A DNA stretch of 64,000 nucleotides from Negaprion brevirostris (Eukaryota): the NCBI GenBank assembly GCA_030324005.1, contig JARDVH010000130.1, positions 40,891,223-40,955,222 of the forward strand, written 5' to 3'. Below are positions 51,200 through 63,519 of this stretch, in pieces (position 1 is the first letter of the stretch; every line of letters begins with the position of its first letter). The position numbers and the translations under genes are program-made. The notes beneath the pieces were generated by a model. The model ran no database searches. It saw only the letters and a list, made by a program, of their open reading frames with translations, and was not told the DNA's origin.

Positions 51200-52032
51200 A
51201 AAACGGATGCTGGAATCTGAAACAAAAACAGAAAACGCTGGAGAATCTCAGCAGGTCTAACAGCATCTGTGGGGAGAGAATGGAGCCAACATTTCAAGTC
51301 AACATGACCATTTGTCATAGCTAAGAGCAAAGAGAAAAGCAGAGATTTGTACAATAAAGGGGGGTGGTGATGCTGGTGGGGTGGAATGGGACAAAGGCAA
51401 TGTAAATTAGGATACAGAAGGCTGAGAAGGTGCTAAAAGTGTCCAATAAGTTATCAGAACGTGTGAATGGTAGAATAAAGATGGTATGGGGATTCTGGCA
51501 ATTGCCCTGAAAGGGGAAGAGGGGCAATATTGAAGTGAACCCCAACACAAACTGGAGGTACAGCACCTCATCTTCTAATTGGGCACTTTACAATCTTCCA
51601 TATTGAACAGTGAATTCAACGACTTCAGCGCGTGAACTCTATCTTCCATCTTCACCCCATTTCCATTTGTTTTATTTCATTTTGATTTATCTCATTCATC
51701 CATTTGATCATCCATCCTTCTCACCTCCATTTTTTCACTTCTCCATTCCAGCTCTCCTTATTGTCTCCTTTTAGGGCAACTACCAGAATCCCCAGGCAGT
51801 CCCTATGCCACCTGTACCTCACACATTCCGATCACTTGATGGACACTTTTAGCACCTTCTCAGCCTCTGTATCCTCATTTGCATTCCCACTGTCCCAATC
51901 CCCACAAATGGCCACCCTCATAGTATAAATCTCTGCTGATTCTGTTTGCTCTTCACTCAGACAAAGGGTCATCTAGACTTGAAAAGTTGGCTCAATTCTC
52001 TCCCCACAAATGCTGTCAGACCTGCTGAGATT
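51200..52032 (+). mobile_element. Penelope-like element remnant with inverted terminal repeats
   Basis: Long inverted arms (~51225-51520 vs ~51765-52031) around a GIY-YIG C-terminal remnant KLEVQHLIF*LGTLQSSILNSEFNDF (51549-51626); hammerhead-like cores in both arms. Confidence 0.8.
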
Positions 52033-52869
52033 TTCCAGCATTTTCTGTTTTATGTCTCCCAGTCCTAACTCAGTTGGACATGGAATGGGAATAGAGTGAG
52101 AATTCAACAAATTTTATTCCCCACGTCAGTGGCAGGTGTTGCAGCATTCAGCACTGTTGTGCCAAAATTCCTCATCAACAAGGTGTGTTGCAAGCCTGTC
52201 TTACTTTGCATTTATTATGTATCTTCATAAATAATAAATGCATCTTCTACCTGCTTCAGATGGGGAACAAGAAAAATCAGACTCCCAAAACCTTATAATA
52301 ACCAGATCATTAGGACCTCCAAAATGAAGCTGTACAAGTCTGTGCATGAATTTCAGCATCGGGTTTTGAAGTAAATTATTTCAACTGGAACAATCTCTTC
52401 TGCATCAAGAAAATTAAAATGGAGAAAAATCTTAAACTTTCAATAAGTTTAAAGAAACAGTAAATACAGGAAAAGTGGAAAGAAATTGAAGTGCAGAAAT
52501 AAGTCAGGAAAAGATGGATGTATGTATGTGTGCATCAATGCAAAATAATAAAATTTGCAACAATTTTTGCATAAAGCCTGATGATTCCTTTATGATGACT
52601 TTTGTGAAGCAAGTGTCAATATTTCATTGTCAAATCTCAATTCATGAATGGAACTTGATTTGACCAGTTACTATGCATTATTTTCGCAGTATTAAAAACA
52701 TATTGTTTTCAAGAAGGTGAACTCCATGCTGATGACTACATATACAAAATTGGAGGGGTTTAATCCGAGTGTTTTTTGGGAGTAGGAGTGAGCTCGGATA
52801 CATTGGAACATTATTTCTGAAAAATTTAAATAATTATTTTTAACCCATTCCTCCACTGGTATTATTGTC

Positions 52870-53107
52870 AGACTGTAAGACATAGGAGGGGAATTAGGCC
52901 ATTCGACCCATAGAGTCTGCTCTGCCATTCAATTCTGGTCAATATGATTCTCATCCTCCCCATAACCCTTGATCCCTTTATTGATCAAGAACCTATCTAC
53001 CTCTGTCTTAAAGACATTCAATGACCCAGCCTTCACAGTCCTCTGTGGCAATGAGTTCCACAGATTCACCACTCTCTGGCTGAAGAAATCCCTCCTCATC
53101 TCTGTTT
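52870..53107 (-). mobile_element. CR1 3' end
   Basis: EMRRDFFSQRVVNLWNSLPQRTVKAGSLNVFKTEVDRFL. Confidence 0.9.
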
Positions 53108-54344
53108 NNNNNNNNNNNNNNNNNNNNNNNNNNNNNNNNNNNNNNNNNNNNNNNNNNNNNNNNNNNNNNNNNNNNNNNNNNNNNNNNNNNNNNNNNNNNN
53201 NNNNNNNNNNNNNNNNNNNNNNNNNNNNNNNNNNNNNNNNNNNNNNNNNNNNNNNNNNNNNNNNNNNNNNNNNNNNNNNNNNNNNNNNNNNNNCCATCAA
53301 CTCAATAGAATCCTATGCAGAACTTCGGTTGGTTTAGAGAATAATGAGGGTGCAGTATAAAGATATTTGAATAAGATTAGTAGTTTTATTATTCAGTTAC
53401 TGCCATCTGATTGTTGACACACAATTATAAAGCAATACTTTAACTCTGTGTTTCAAATAAGCTGAAAGACTGAGCCTTTAGGGCATACAGATGTTTAGGC
53501 TGGGGTCTAAGAGGATTGCTTGCAGTGTCCACAGAGCAGACAGTGCACTGAGAATTCTTTCTTCTGTATTCTCAATCTTTATTCACACATTGACATGATA
53601 TCTGTTGCTGTATGTATTTTCTTTGTTGACAGTATAATTTTCTTTTGCTTTAGGCATACTGCATTTTGCAAGTCCCTGAAGATCCCTGAAAGCTGCCAAT
53701 ATCTATAGGCAGACTCGCACATGGAAAGAAGTTTGAAAGAAGCTGTTCTAGGAGTTCTACATTCTAAACCCTTAGTTTATATCCTTAAAACTTATACCTA
53801 TGAAAAAAAAAATCACTGAGTGCATAACTTAACTAATCTAAAAGTGTATTGTGAAATTTAGACTGGGCACTATTTTTAGGCACTTCTTCTCTCCTCCCAA
53901 GAAGGTGCATGATCTTTCTGAGACTATGGATTCAGATGCTAAACTGGCTGTCAGTACTCCAGTATCTTATACAGTATTGACACAGGCCATTCGGCCCAAC
54001 CAGTCCATGCTGTATAAAAGCTCTGCTAAAGCCTCCTCCCATTTTTTCCTCCTCTAAATTGTTTATCAAAACACTCAATTCTCTTCACGTCCTTATTGCT
54101 CACGTGCTTGCCCACCTTTCCCTTAAAAAAATTTGCCTATTCTTAGTAATGAGTTTTGCAGACTATTATTGTGGGCACGACAGACCATACCCGTCGGAGT
54201 CACTGAACAACAATCATTAGGAAACTTCTTTGCTGCTGTTCTGCTTTTAAAGGAAGGCTTCAGAGGCCAATTATAGGACCACAACTGCCTCCTTACATGA
54301 TTAGAACAAACTCAGCCAAAAACCAACAATTTAGACGTCAAGTC

Positions 54345-55460
54345 TGCTCAGTGGTAGCACTGAGTCAGAAATCATAGGTTCAAAGCTCATTCCAGAGACT
54401 GAAGGACAAAACCTTTCCTATCACTTCTGTGCAATACTGATGGGCATCTGCATTGCTGGCTGTGCTGTCTTTCAGATGAGGTACAAAGCTAAGACTTTCT
54501 CTGCCTATGCAGGAAGAGATAAAAGATTTCATGTGTGATGATAGTGGTGCTATTGATATTATTATATAGTTTTTTGTGTTTAAGGGGAATATTTAAAAGT
54601 ACAGATTTATGCTGTAGGTAGTTGGTATGTCTGGAAAGAATACAGCTCAGATGCTGAGAGAGAAGGATAATTATTTATTTTAGCCATGTAGTGTTTACTA
54701 AGATACTTAGTAAATGACTTTTCTTTACAAAAAAAATCTCCTGGGGTTTTTGATTAAAGGAATGGAATGTGGGTTTGGGAGGCAGGGCCATGTGATGATG
54801 TGGTTAATGGGGGGAGCGAAATCTTCAGCAGAGAAGCAGCTTTTTAGTTCTGGCTGGGGTCTGTTTGAAGACAGTTCTGCAAAGTGCTCTGAAAGCTTCA
54901 GGACTGTCTACACTCAATACAGCAAGTATATTTATGGGCGCTAACTACATTTAAAATAACATTGTATGTCTATAAGAGGAATGTTGCTTATTTGGAACTG
55001 AAACAGCGATGAGTTAAAAATTACGTTAGTTTCAAATTGTTCAATTGTTAATAGTTATGCTGCTTCATTTGTTAGAGTCTGAGTTAAACTGTGTTATTAA
55101 ATAAAGTTTGTATTACTATAAAAGATCCCTAATTTGTCAGTGGAACTGTTCCTGGAACAAATCATCCTTTCCTTACATTTGTGCCAAAATAGAAAAATTA
55201 TTGGGGTTTAGTCTGACTTCATAACATACGTTAGGGTTCTGGCCCAGTACTCCGACACATGATACTACTTAAAATGAGAGAAGAGGAATTTTCCTGGTAC
55301 AATGGCCAACCTCAACAATCATTAAAACAAATGACCTGGTTGAATACCCCACTGGCTAGACAGATTTGCACACATCACTCGTTCCTTTGAAGCCAAAAAA
55401 AGCCTCACTGGCGATGAAACGCTTTGAGACATTCTGGGAATGCGAAATAAAAGTTTTCTT
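54345..55460 (+). mobile_element. DeuSINE-type SINE split by a solo LTR
   Basis: GGTAGCACTGAGTCAGAA..GGTTCAAAG...GTCTTTCAGATGAG...AAAAGATTTCATG [LTR] ATACTACTT... Confidence 0.7.
54534..55257 (+). mobile_element. solo LTR (probably Gypsy-type)
   Basis: TGT...ACA termini, perfect 4-bp TSD CATG (54530-54533/55258-55261), internal AATAAA near 55100; cleanly interrupts a SINE. Confidence 0.75.
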
Positions 55461-55934
55461 TTAGGGTTTAAGATCATTGTTACTTGCTTCAGGTTATACT
55501 TGCACCATGTGCATTCCAGAACATGGATCTTGTACAGCTTGTGATATTCTAATATGAATCTACCAGATTTACTAAAACTGGTTTCTGAAAAGACTCTTCT
55601 ACCACTCGCTCTTTCCCAGGTGTTGCCAGCAGCCAGATTTTGTGAATCTGGCAAGTTTACATTGGACATGTTAACAATGTACTGACAATGTACAGCAGTT
55701 GCTGTAAACCATAGTAAAATAGGGGGGCACTTTTATTTGCATTATTGGTGTTATTTGTTGGGACCGAATATTGTGGCATACTCCAGCAAAAACATCTCAT
55801 AATTGATAGGAGAGGCTAACCTGAACTTGATGATGTGTGTAAAAGAACTGTAATTTGAATAAAAGCTCTGCAAACCACTCAAACGACATTTGATTTATAA
55901 CAGTATTACTCTAGTTAGCTTAGTACCTTTTACA

Positions 55935-56065
55935 CAGAAGCAAAATATTGCAGATGCTGGAAGTTTTGATGAAGATCACATTCCTGAAATGTTAATTGCT
56001 TCTATCTCCACAGATGCTGTCTGATCTGCAGAGTACTCTAGCATTTTACACTTTTTAATGCAGCA
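55935..56065 (+). mobile_element. Penelope-like terminal-repeat remnant
   Basis: GCAGATGCTGGAA-GTTTTGATGAAGATCACATTCCTGAAATGTTAA...TCTCCACAGATGCTGTCTGATCTGC. Confidence 0.6.
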
Positions 56066-56127
56066 TTGTTTCTTCATATGTTATAAAATATGGCTGAAAC
56101 TTGGAGAAGCAATAAGTTACATTCAGA

Positions 56128-56425
56128 GGCACGGTGGCACAATAACTAGCACTGCTGCCTCACAGCATCAGTGATTCAATTTCTGGCTTGGACCACTGTC
56201 TATGTGGAGCCTGCATGTTTTCTCCCTGCCTGCGTGGGTTTCCCTCTGGGTGCTCCGCTTTCCTCCCACAGTCTAAAAGACATGCTTGTTAGGTGCACTG
56301 GCCATGCTAAATTTTTCCTGAGTGTACCTGAACAGATGCCGGAGTGTGGCAACTAGGGGATTTTCACAGTAACTTCATTGCAGTGTTAGTGTAAGCCTGC
56401 TTGTGACTAATAAATAAACTTTAAA
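56128..56425 (+). mobile_element. HE1-like SINE (alternative tail)
   Basis: Full-length copy. Confidence 0.9.
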
Positions 56426-57359
56426 GCTTTAAAAATAGCTTGCTGAAATATCTGTATGCCAGGTAAAGCAAACTGAGATTTTGAATACAGTATGCATATT
56501 CACAAGCATGCTAATTTTTTTCCAGTTGTTTTTTGATTTTGGTATTGAATCTGTTAAAGGGAAAGGCTGAACGGCGATTTGTGTTTGTACAAAAGTAGAC
56601 GTTGGCTTTCATGAAATTATGGATTTCCACAGTAGCTAATGAGAAAGGAACATTATATTCAGCACCAAATAAACTGTTATTAGAAAACATAACTGCAATT
56701 TCACAGCACATCAAATCTAACAGTACAGCCTGAAGCAGACTGGAAGAGCTGCTGTTGAGATCTAAAAATGTAACAGTGATCTGATATACCAAATTGCTAA
56801 ACATAAGGCACTCTGCAACAATGCAAGGAAAGGGGAAAATACAATAGGGTGAAGAAGTAACCCAGGAACACCGTAATAATCACAACATACAAGAGTCAAC
56901 ACTTAGGTGGGTCACTAGCACGTTTTCCAACAGAAATCGCTGGGAACTCCAAGCACTACTGGAAACTCTTGGTATTTTTTCTGCATCAAAGACTGAGAGT
57001 GCAAAGGGCAATAGCACCATAAATGCTATCCTATCTGAGATCAGCTAACTNNNNNNNNNNGATCAATTTAAAACACAACTGTTCTTGGGACTTGGGTGCT
57101 GCAGTTCAGACTGCATTTATTTCCCATTCCTACTTTACTATTTGTAACGGGCCTTCTCCTGGACCTGCTAAAGTTTCTAAGAAGATAGCAGCTTCACAGT
57201 AATAATAAGTAGGTATTTCCAAGATTGTAACCAAGTAACAATATATATCGACACCAGAATAATATACAACTTGGACAGAAAACTGAGAAGGGAAAAGTGG
57301 GTGGGGAAAGGTGTTGCATTTCTGCTCTTGGGTGGTAAATGTTACTGGGAAGTGAGGTA

Positions 57360-57650
57360 CCATTTTAGAGGCAGTAGTTAAGCGTCAACTATATTGTTGT
57401 GGAACTGACATCACATGCACACAAGACAAAGACAGCAGATTCTTTCCCTAAAGTATTTTCACGAACCGGATGATTTTATGACAAGTCTGATATTTTATCG
57501 ATTACCATTCTTGAAACTAACTTTTTATTTCAGGCTTATTTAATTAATTGAATTTAAATTCCCTGACTGCTGTGGTGGGATTTCAACTCATGTCTGGATC
57601 ATGATTCACATCCCTGCAAGTAACATAAATACTGTGCGCTATCATATCCG
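57360..57650 (-). mobile_element. old SINE-B-like copy
   Basis: GACAGCAGATTCTTTCCCTAAAG...GTGGTGGGATTTCAACTC. Confidence 0.55.
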
Positions 57651-58177
57651 AATCATGATAAAACATTCACACAAGAAACCGAGCAAGGAGAATATCGTCC
57701 CTCTCATCCCTACCCAATAGTCTGAATATAGGTGTCTGTGATGCTTGTTCAGTAATTTGCCTAGTCAATGTCAGACAAACACCTTTCAATAAGCATGAAC
57801 ATTAGTCAAACATATACATTATTACAGATAAACAGATAGTTCTTCAAGAAAAAGTGAGACATTTAAACTGGTCACAACACTAGCAAGTTATGAGCTCCCA
57901 AAGATTGATCAAAACATGCAACGTTTTATTAAATGAAAGGTGCTCACACTCTGAGCAGCAATTACTAGGCATTTGACAACTGATGGAGTTAAGCTCATCC
58001 AAGCAACAAGAATTCTCTAAGGCAGAAAGAGGTGGGCAGATTTTTCTTTCCAACAACATTTCAGTCCATCTGATCATACTTTAAAAGGAAAACTCTAATA
58101 GGGCTTGATGGTGTGAATTACACTGGACCTTCGTAATCCTCCATTTCCAAGTGTCCATTAAGTGTTGGCGAACAATT

Positions 58178-58690
58178 CATTTGATATTTGATTCAATTTA
58201 TTGTCACATGTACTGAAAAGTATTGTTTCTTGTGCACTATACAGACAAAGCATACCGTTCATAGATATGGAGAATAGATAAGGGGAGAAGGAAAGGAGAG
58301 GGTGCAGAATGTAGTATTACAGTCATAGCTAGGGTGTAGAGAAAGATCAGCTTAATATACGATAGGACCATTGAAAAGTCTGACAATAGCAGGGAAGAAG
58401 CTGATCTTGAGTCGGTTGGTAAGTATTTTCAGACTTTTGTATCTTTTTCCCGATGGAAAAAGGTGGAACCACGTCTGGGATGTGTGGGCCCTTGATTATG
58501 CTGACTGCTTTCCCAAGGCAATGGGCAGTAGACGTGATGGACTGGGCTACATTCACAACCCTTTGTAGTTTTTTGCTGTCTTGGTCAGAACAGAAGCTGT
58601 ACTAATCTGGAAAGGCTGCTTTCTATGGTGCATTTATAAAAATTGATAAGTGTCATAATGGACATGCCGAATTTTCTTTTTAGCCTTCTG
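58178..58690 (-). mobile_element. Rex1/Babar LINE 3' portion
   Basis: LRRLKRKFGM..TLINFYKCTIESSL-like segment and CLGKAVSIIKGP; 3' UTR matches 19198-19355. Confidence 0.8.
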
Positions 58691-58851
58691 ATACTACTTT
58701 GAAGTAAAATATAATACAAAATATTTTTAAGAAATAAAGNNNNNNNNNNNNNNNNNNNNNNNNNNNNNNNNNNNNNNNNNNNNNNNNNNNNNNNNNNNNN
58801 NNNNNNNNNNNNNNNNNNNNNNNNNNNNNNNNNNNNNNNNNNNNNNNNNNN

Positions 58852-59062
58852 TAAAGTCCCAGATGACCATGGGCTGCTCTGATTTTTGAGGGGGAGAGCT
58901 GACCAGTAGTGATTTAACCTGAGAATCACCACACCTCAGATGAAGGACAAGGTTCAGAAGAAGAGGCCGACATGAAAAATCTCAGCCAGTACAGGAATTG
59001 AACCTGCTCTGTTGGCATGGCACTGCATCACTAACCAGTTGTCCAACTTAGCTAAGCTGACC
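58852..59062 (-). mobile_element. third tRNA-derived SINE family
   Basis: Minus strand: TAGCTAAGTTGG (A box)...GGTTCAATTCC (B box)...CTCAGGTTAAATCACTAC...GGTCATCTGGGAC. Confidence 0.7.
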
Positions 59063-59974
59063 ACATTCAATAAATAACTTACGTTTATATAGCAGCTTTC
59101 ACATCCTCAGGATAGCTCAAAGCCTTTCATCACTTAAGTATTTTAAGGGAACAAAAAAAAAGCCCGGGAAACAGGCTGTTCGGCCCAACGAGAAGTGTTG
59201 TCATGTTGTAATGCACAGCAATGATCCAAAAGCAGCATTCGGTAATCTGCATAAAATTTGTCTCAAGAATTTATTTTTGGACAAGTCTTGCCTGGAATCA
59301 TAACTAATCCTTTTTTTAAAAAATGAAAGCATATGAATACCAGCTCTGATTAATTCAGCTTTGCTATTCTAGAACATTATACAATCACCGAATCGCGATA
59401 GTGTGCATAGACAGGCATCAATCAGATGTTTTGATCATAGAAAAGATTGTAGTTGGACAGTATATATCATACTGTTAACATTCATTTGGTTGTTTTTTTT
59501 TAAATGACTCAAAGAGAAATGTTTATAGGGCCTTTTATAACAAAATCATAAACCTGTTCTGAAAAGTTAGACAACTCCCACCTATTGGTTCCCAACACAA
59601 AGTGCAGATTGTTCATCTTGGAATACACATCACTTAATACAAAAATCAGCCTTCTTTCAATTACACTTGGTTGACCCTTGCGAAATGCATAGCACAGGGA
59701 GTGACATTGTGAATTTCACACTAGCATGATGTAACCACGCCTGTTTCTTTCCCCCAGGGCTTCTCGTGGCTATCACTGGAGACAGGATGTCTGATCCTGC
59801 TGTGTGTTGTGCAGATGTCAGTGGTGGAGATTAGTGGCATAGCAACAGGCAGCTGCATTGCAGTTTGATACTTCCAAGATTCAGCCTCAAAAGGCCACCA
59901 AATTTATTGGTTTATCATGTACTCAGCTTGTATTGGCCAGCAATATTCAAATCTAATATTCAGCTTGATTAGTA

Positions 59975-60051
59975 TCATAAGAACATAAGAAATAGGAGCA
60001 GGAGTAGGCCATCTAGCCCTTCAATAAGATCATGGCTGATCTGTCGTGGCT
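59975..60051 (-). mobile_element. CR1 3' terminus
   Basis: CATAAGAACATAAGAAATAGGAGCAGGAGTAGGCC. Confidence 0.75.
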
Positions 60052-60334
60052 NNNNNNNNNNNNNNNNNNNNNNNNNNNNNNNNNNNNNNNNNNNNNNNNN
60101 NNNNNNNNNNNNNNNNNNNNNNNNNNNNNNNNNNNNNNNNNNNNNNNNNNNNNNNNNNNNNNNNNNNNNNNNNNNNNNNNNNNNNNNNCTATTCAATCCT
60201 TTTTGCTCAATTTTTTTCATTTTGCATACTTTCTCCCTCAAAATAATTCAACAAACCTTAATTTTTCTTCACTGGCTTTAGTCAAATCCAAGTCTTTTCA
60301 ATAAAGTAACCCAAGTCCCCTGGCATAGTTGTGT

Positions 60335-60630
60335 TATAGAATCCCTACAGTGCAGGAGGAGGTCATTCAGTCCTTTGAGCCTGCACCGACCACAATCCCA
60401 CCCATTCCTATTCCTGTAACCCCACATACTTACTCTGCTAATCCCCCTGACACTAGGGTCAATTTAGCATGGCCAATCAAACTGACCCGTACATCTTTGG
60501 ACTGTGGGAGGAAAGCGGAGCACCTGGAGGAAACCCATGCAGACACAGGGAGAATATGCAAACTCCACAAAGACAGTGACCCAAGCCAGGAATTGAACTG
60601 TGAGGCAGCAGTGCCATCCATTGTGCCGCC
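60335..60630 (-). mobile_element. HE1-type SINE (CR1 tail)
   Basis: Tail, core and head present. Confidence 0.88.
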
Positions 60631-61259
60631 GTTATCAAGGAGGGTGTCACGTGGAGTCCTTGTGCTTCTTCACAAAGGCGGTGAAAATGTGTGAAGTAGC
60701 TTATTGATTGATTTTGTACCCTTATGAGGATTAATTTTAGGACAGTATTCTGTAGTAATAGACAACAATCTGCCTATCTCCACAGTCAGGGTAAGGTGCC
60801 AGCAAAGGCACAAGCTATGCTGTAGATGCATGCATGCGTTTGACCAAGCATGTTCTAATCACTTCCGTACAATCACAGTGCTGAAATCAAGTGAACTCCT
60901 GTCATCCCTAAGGCACAACGCACTGCTGGGAAACACTGTTAAAAAAAAAAACAGAATTTATGATTTTAATTATTAATCCTCATCAAAAAGCAAGCAGTTC
61001 ACTTCTGCAGTCTGTTACCCACAAGATAGGAAACTTTGAAATGTGTTTTAAGACAAAATTGTTTTATGATAAATAAGTTGCTGGATTTTTAGAAACAGTG
61101 GATAGTTACATCAGTAATTTACATAATCTATTTCTAAATTGTCATTTGTTGGAATCTGTCAAAATCAACACTGCTTCTTCCACTTTAAATGCATGCAGCA
61201 TTCATTACAAGCTATGGTTTGAATGGATTCCGGGTGACTGTCATTTGAGAGGGTGTTCC

Positions 61260-62445
61260 TGTCCCCAGATTGGCATTACTAGCTTCTGACCCCTCTACCC
61301 AAGTAGAATTGTAGCCCGCCAACATGCCCTTCACTTTGATATGCAGGCACTGTGTTCAGAAAATACTGCGGCTGCTTCAAGCTACCCTTGGTATATGCAA
61401 ACACTAAGTACTGCAACATACTAAAGTTCTACCAGTCCTTTGCATTGCAAGTAAGGGGTCTGGCCACACTGCCACAGAGCACTCCCAAGCAGTTGGATTG
61501 TGCCATATCATTGATCCCTCGTGGAAAGGTTTATGCAGAAAAACATTTTTGACCACAATTCTATTAGGCAGCGGTCTGCACGGAATGTCCTAACGGCCCT
61601 GCAGGGAAATGTGATAGACGCTGTCAGATGGTTCCCTCAGCAGACTGTCAAAGTCATTTGAAGAATACCTCATTGCCAGAATTTTAAAACGTCAGCTCCT
61701 TCCACATGCCCTGAGTCTCACCCCCCTCTGCAGGTTATCCTCAAGATGGCTGTGGTGGGAAAGAGATTGTTGTCCACTCCCTCCTGGAATGAGTAATGAG
61801 TTTTGATTTGCAGAGTGGATTTTGTCGATCTCAAAAAGCTCTGTGAGGCAGAACTCTTGTGTTCTATGGTTTGTTCTGTGACCAAGATAAACATCAACTA
61901 TGGCTGTAGGACCATCAACTCAGTGAAAGATGCTCATTGGTCAGCCCAAAACTTGCTGGTTAAAGTGTAAAGAGTTGTCCTCAATCAAATGTTGCAGATA
62001 TCAGAATACAGGGTATAGGACTATGTGGTGAGGGACATAATAAAGCTTGGGACAGTTGCTGCAGAGGTGTGATGGGGAAAGGTCACTGTTCATAAGGCCT
62101 TTCAGCTGTAGCACACAGTGTAAAACTCCTCAGCAGTATGCCTGAGAAAAAGATGGATTTTGTGAATATCAAGAATATTTGAATTTTATTGAGAGATCTC
62201 AATGACGAGTTGGAGAGAGAGAGAGAGAGAGGAAGGATGAATTTTATAGCACTTTTTGTCATCTTCAATTTGGAACATTTTGTCTTCGGGCTGTATACCT
62301 ACATAGAATGAATAATGTAAATATTAGGAGTATTATAATTGTGCAAAGGCCGTATTGAGATGTGTTAGATTTTATGGCACTCTGTAATTTAGCTGAAATG
62401 TTTTGTCGTGTACTTACAAATTTTGTGAATTAAGTACATATTTGC
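61260..62445 (+). mobile_element. Tx1/L1-clade LINE 3' portion, degenerate
   Basis: YANTKYC.ILKFY, GLATLPQSTP, FDHNSIRQ.SARNVL, WFPQQTVKVI, TINSVKDA, with stops and frameshifts. Confidence 0.75.
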
Positions 62446-63017
62446 ATAGAAATACTTGCAAAGTATCAATTTTGTTTCAGATAATGAGCTATATGCTCAA
62501 TCTCTGTGGAAACCGTGCTATTAAATGGACCCAAGCTGCCCAATCCAACTCAAAGTAACTGTGATGGTATTCAATAAGCTTCATTTATATAATACTACTA
62601 TTGCATGCACTGATGAGCAGTTAGATGTCAAATCTGAAATTCTTCGGCCAGTTAGCAGCTTCCTCATCAGTCTAGTAGTATAGGGCATGAGACTGAAGCA
62701 CATGTCGAAGCACTTGTCAATTATATGCTTTGCACTTTGCCACAGTTGCACAGGGATGAGTCACAGTGTCCCGAAAGGAAGCGATTGTCAAGGCAGGGTC
62801 CGACTCCGGTGCAGAACCTGTTCAGTTTCACCCATTTGCTATGCAAGAGGTTGAAGCCTGAGATTTCTAATGTGGGATCACCAACCGGGTGCTGGTTCTG
62901 GACTGTGCTGTTGGATTTGCTATATAATGATTTTAAGATACAGTTGTAAGAGAAGAGGAGCAGAGATTTTGTTAGGGGGCAAATGGCAGGAGGTTTGTAG
63001 ATTTATAGAGGTGAATA

Positions 63018-63295
63018 GATCATAGAATCCCTACAGTGCAGAAGGAGGCCATTCAGTCCATCACATCTGCCATGATCCCAATCCTACCCAGGCCCTATCC
63101 CCGTAACCCTTTGTATTTACCCTAGCTCGTCTGCCTGACTAGCAATTTAGCACAGCCAATCGATTTAACCCGCACATCTTTGAGAGGAAACTCGGGCACC
63201 CAGAAGAAACCCACGCAGGCACAGGGAGAATGCGCAAATTCCACACAGGCAGTGACCAAAGCCGGGAGCTGAGAGGCAGAAGTGCTAGCCCCTTT
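63018..63295 (-). mobile_element. HE1-type SINE (CR1 tail)
   Basis: Tail, core and partial head. Confidence 0.8.
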
Positions 63296-63519
63296 GCTAT
63301 CCATTGGGTTTGGGGGGAGGGTTGTGGCAGAACATGTGTTAATGGGAGATGTTCCATGGCAAGGACAAAATGGCTGAGGACTGCACAAATAGTGGAGAAA
63401 AGGGAGAAGGGAGGAGGGAGGAGAACAGGGGAAAAAGGAGAACAGGATGCTGCAGTCAGAGGACGGGAAGGCAAATTAAGTTATAAGGCTCGAGAAGGTT
63501 GCTGAGGGTAAGTGGCTTC

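Noticed and set aside
132-63474. Many short ORFs with motifs such as GHCLCGVCTFSPCL and WEETGAP
   Set aside because: They are translations of HE1-like SINE copies, not genes
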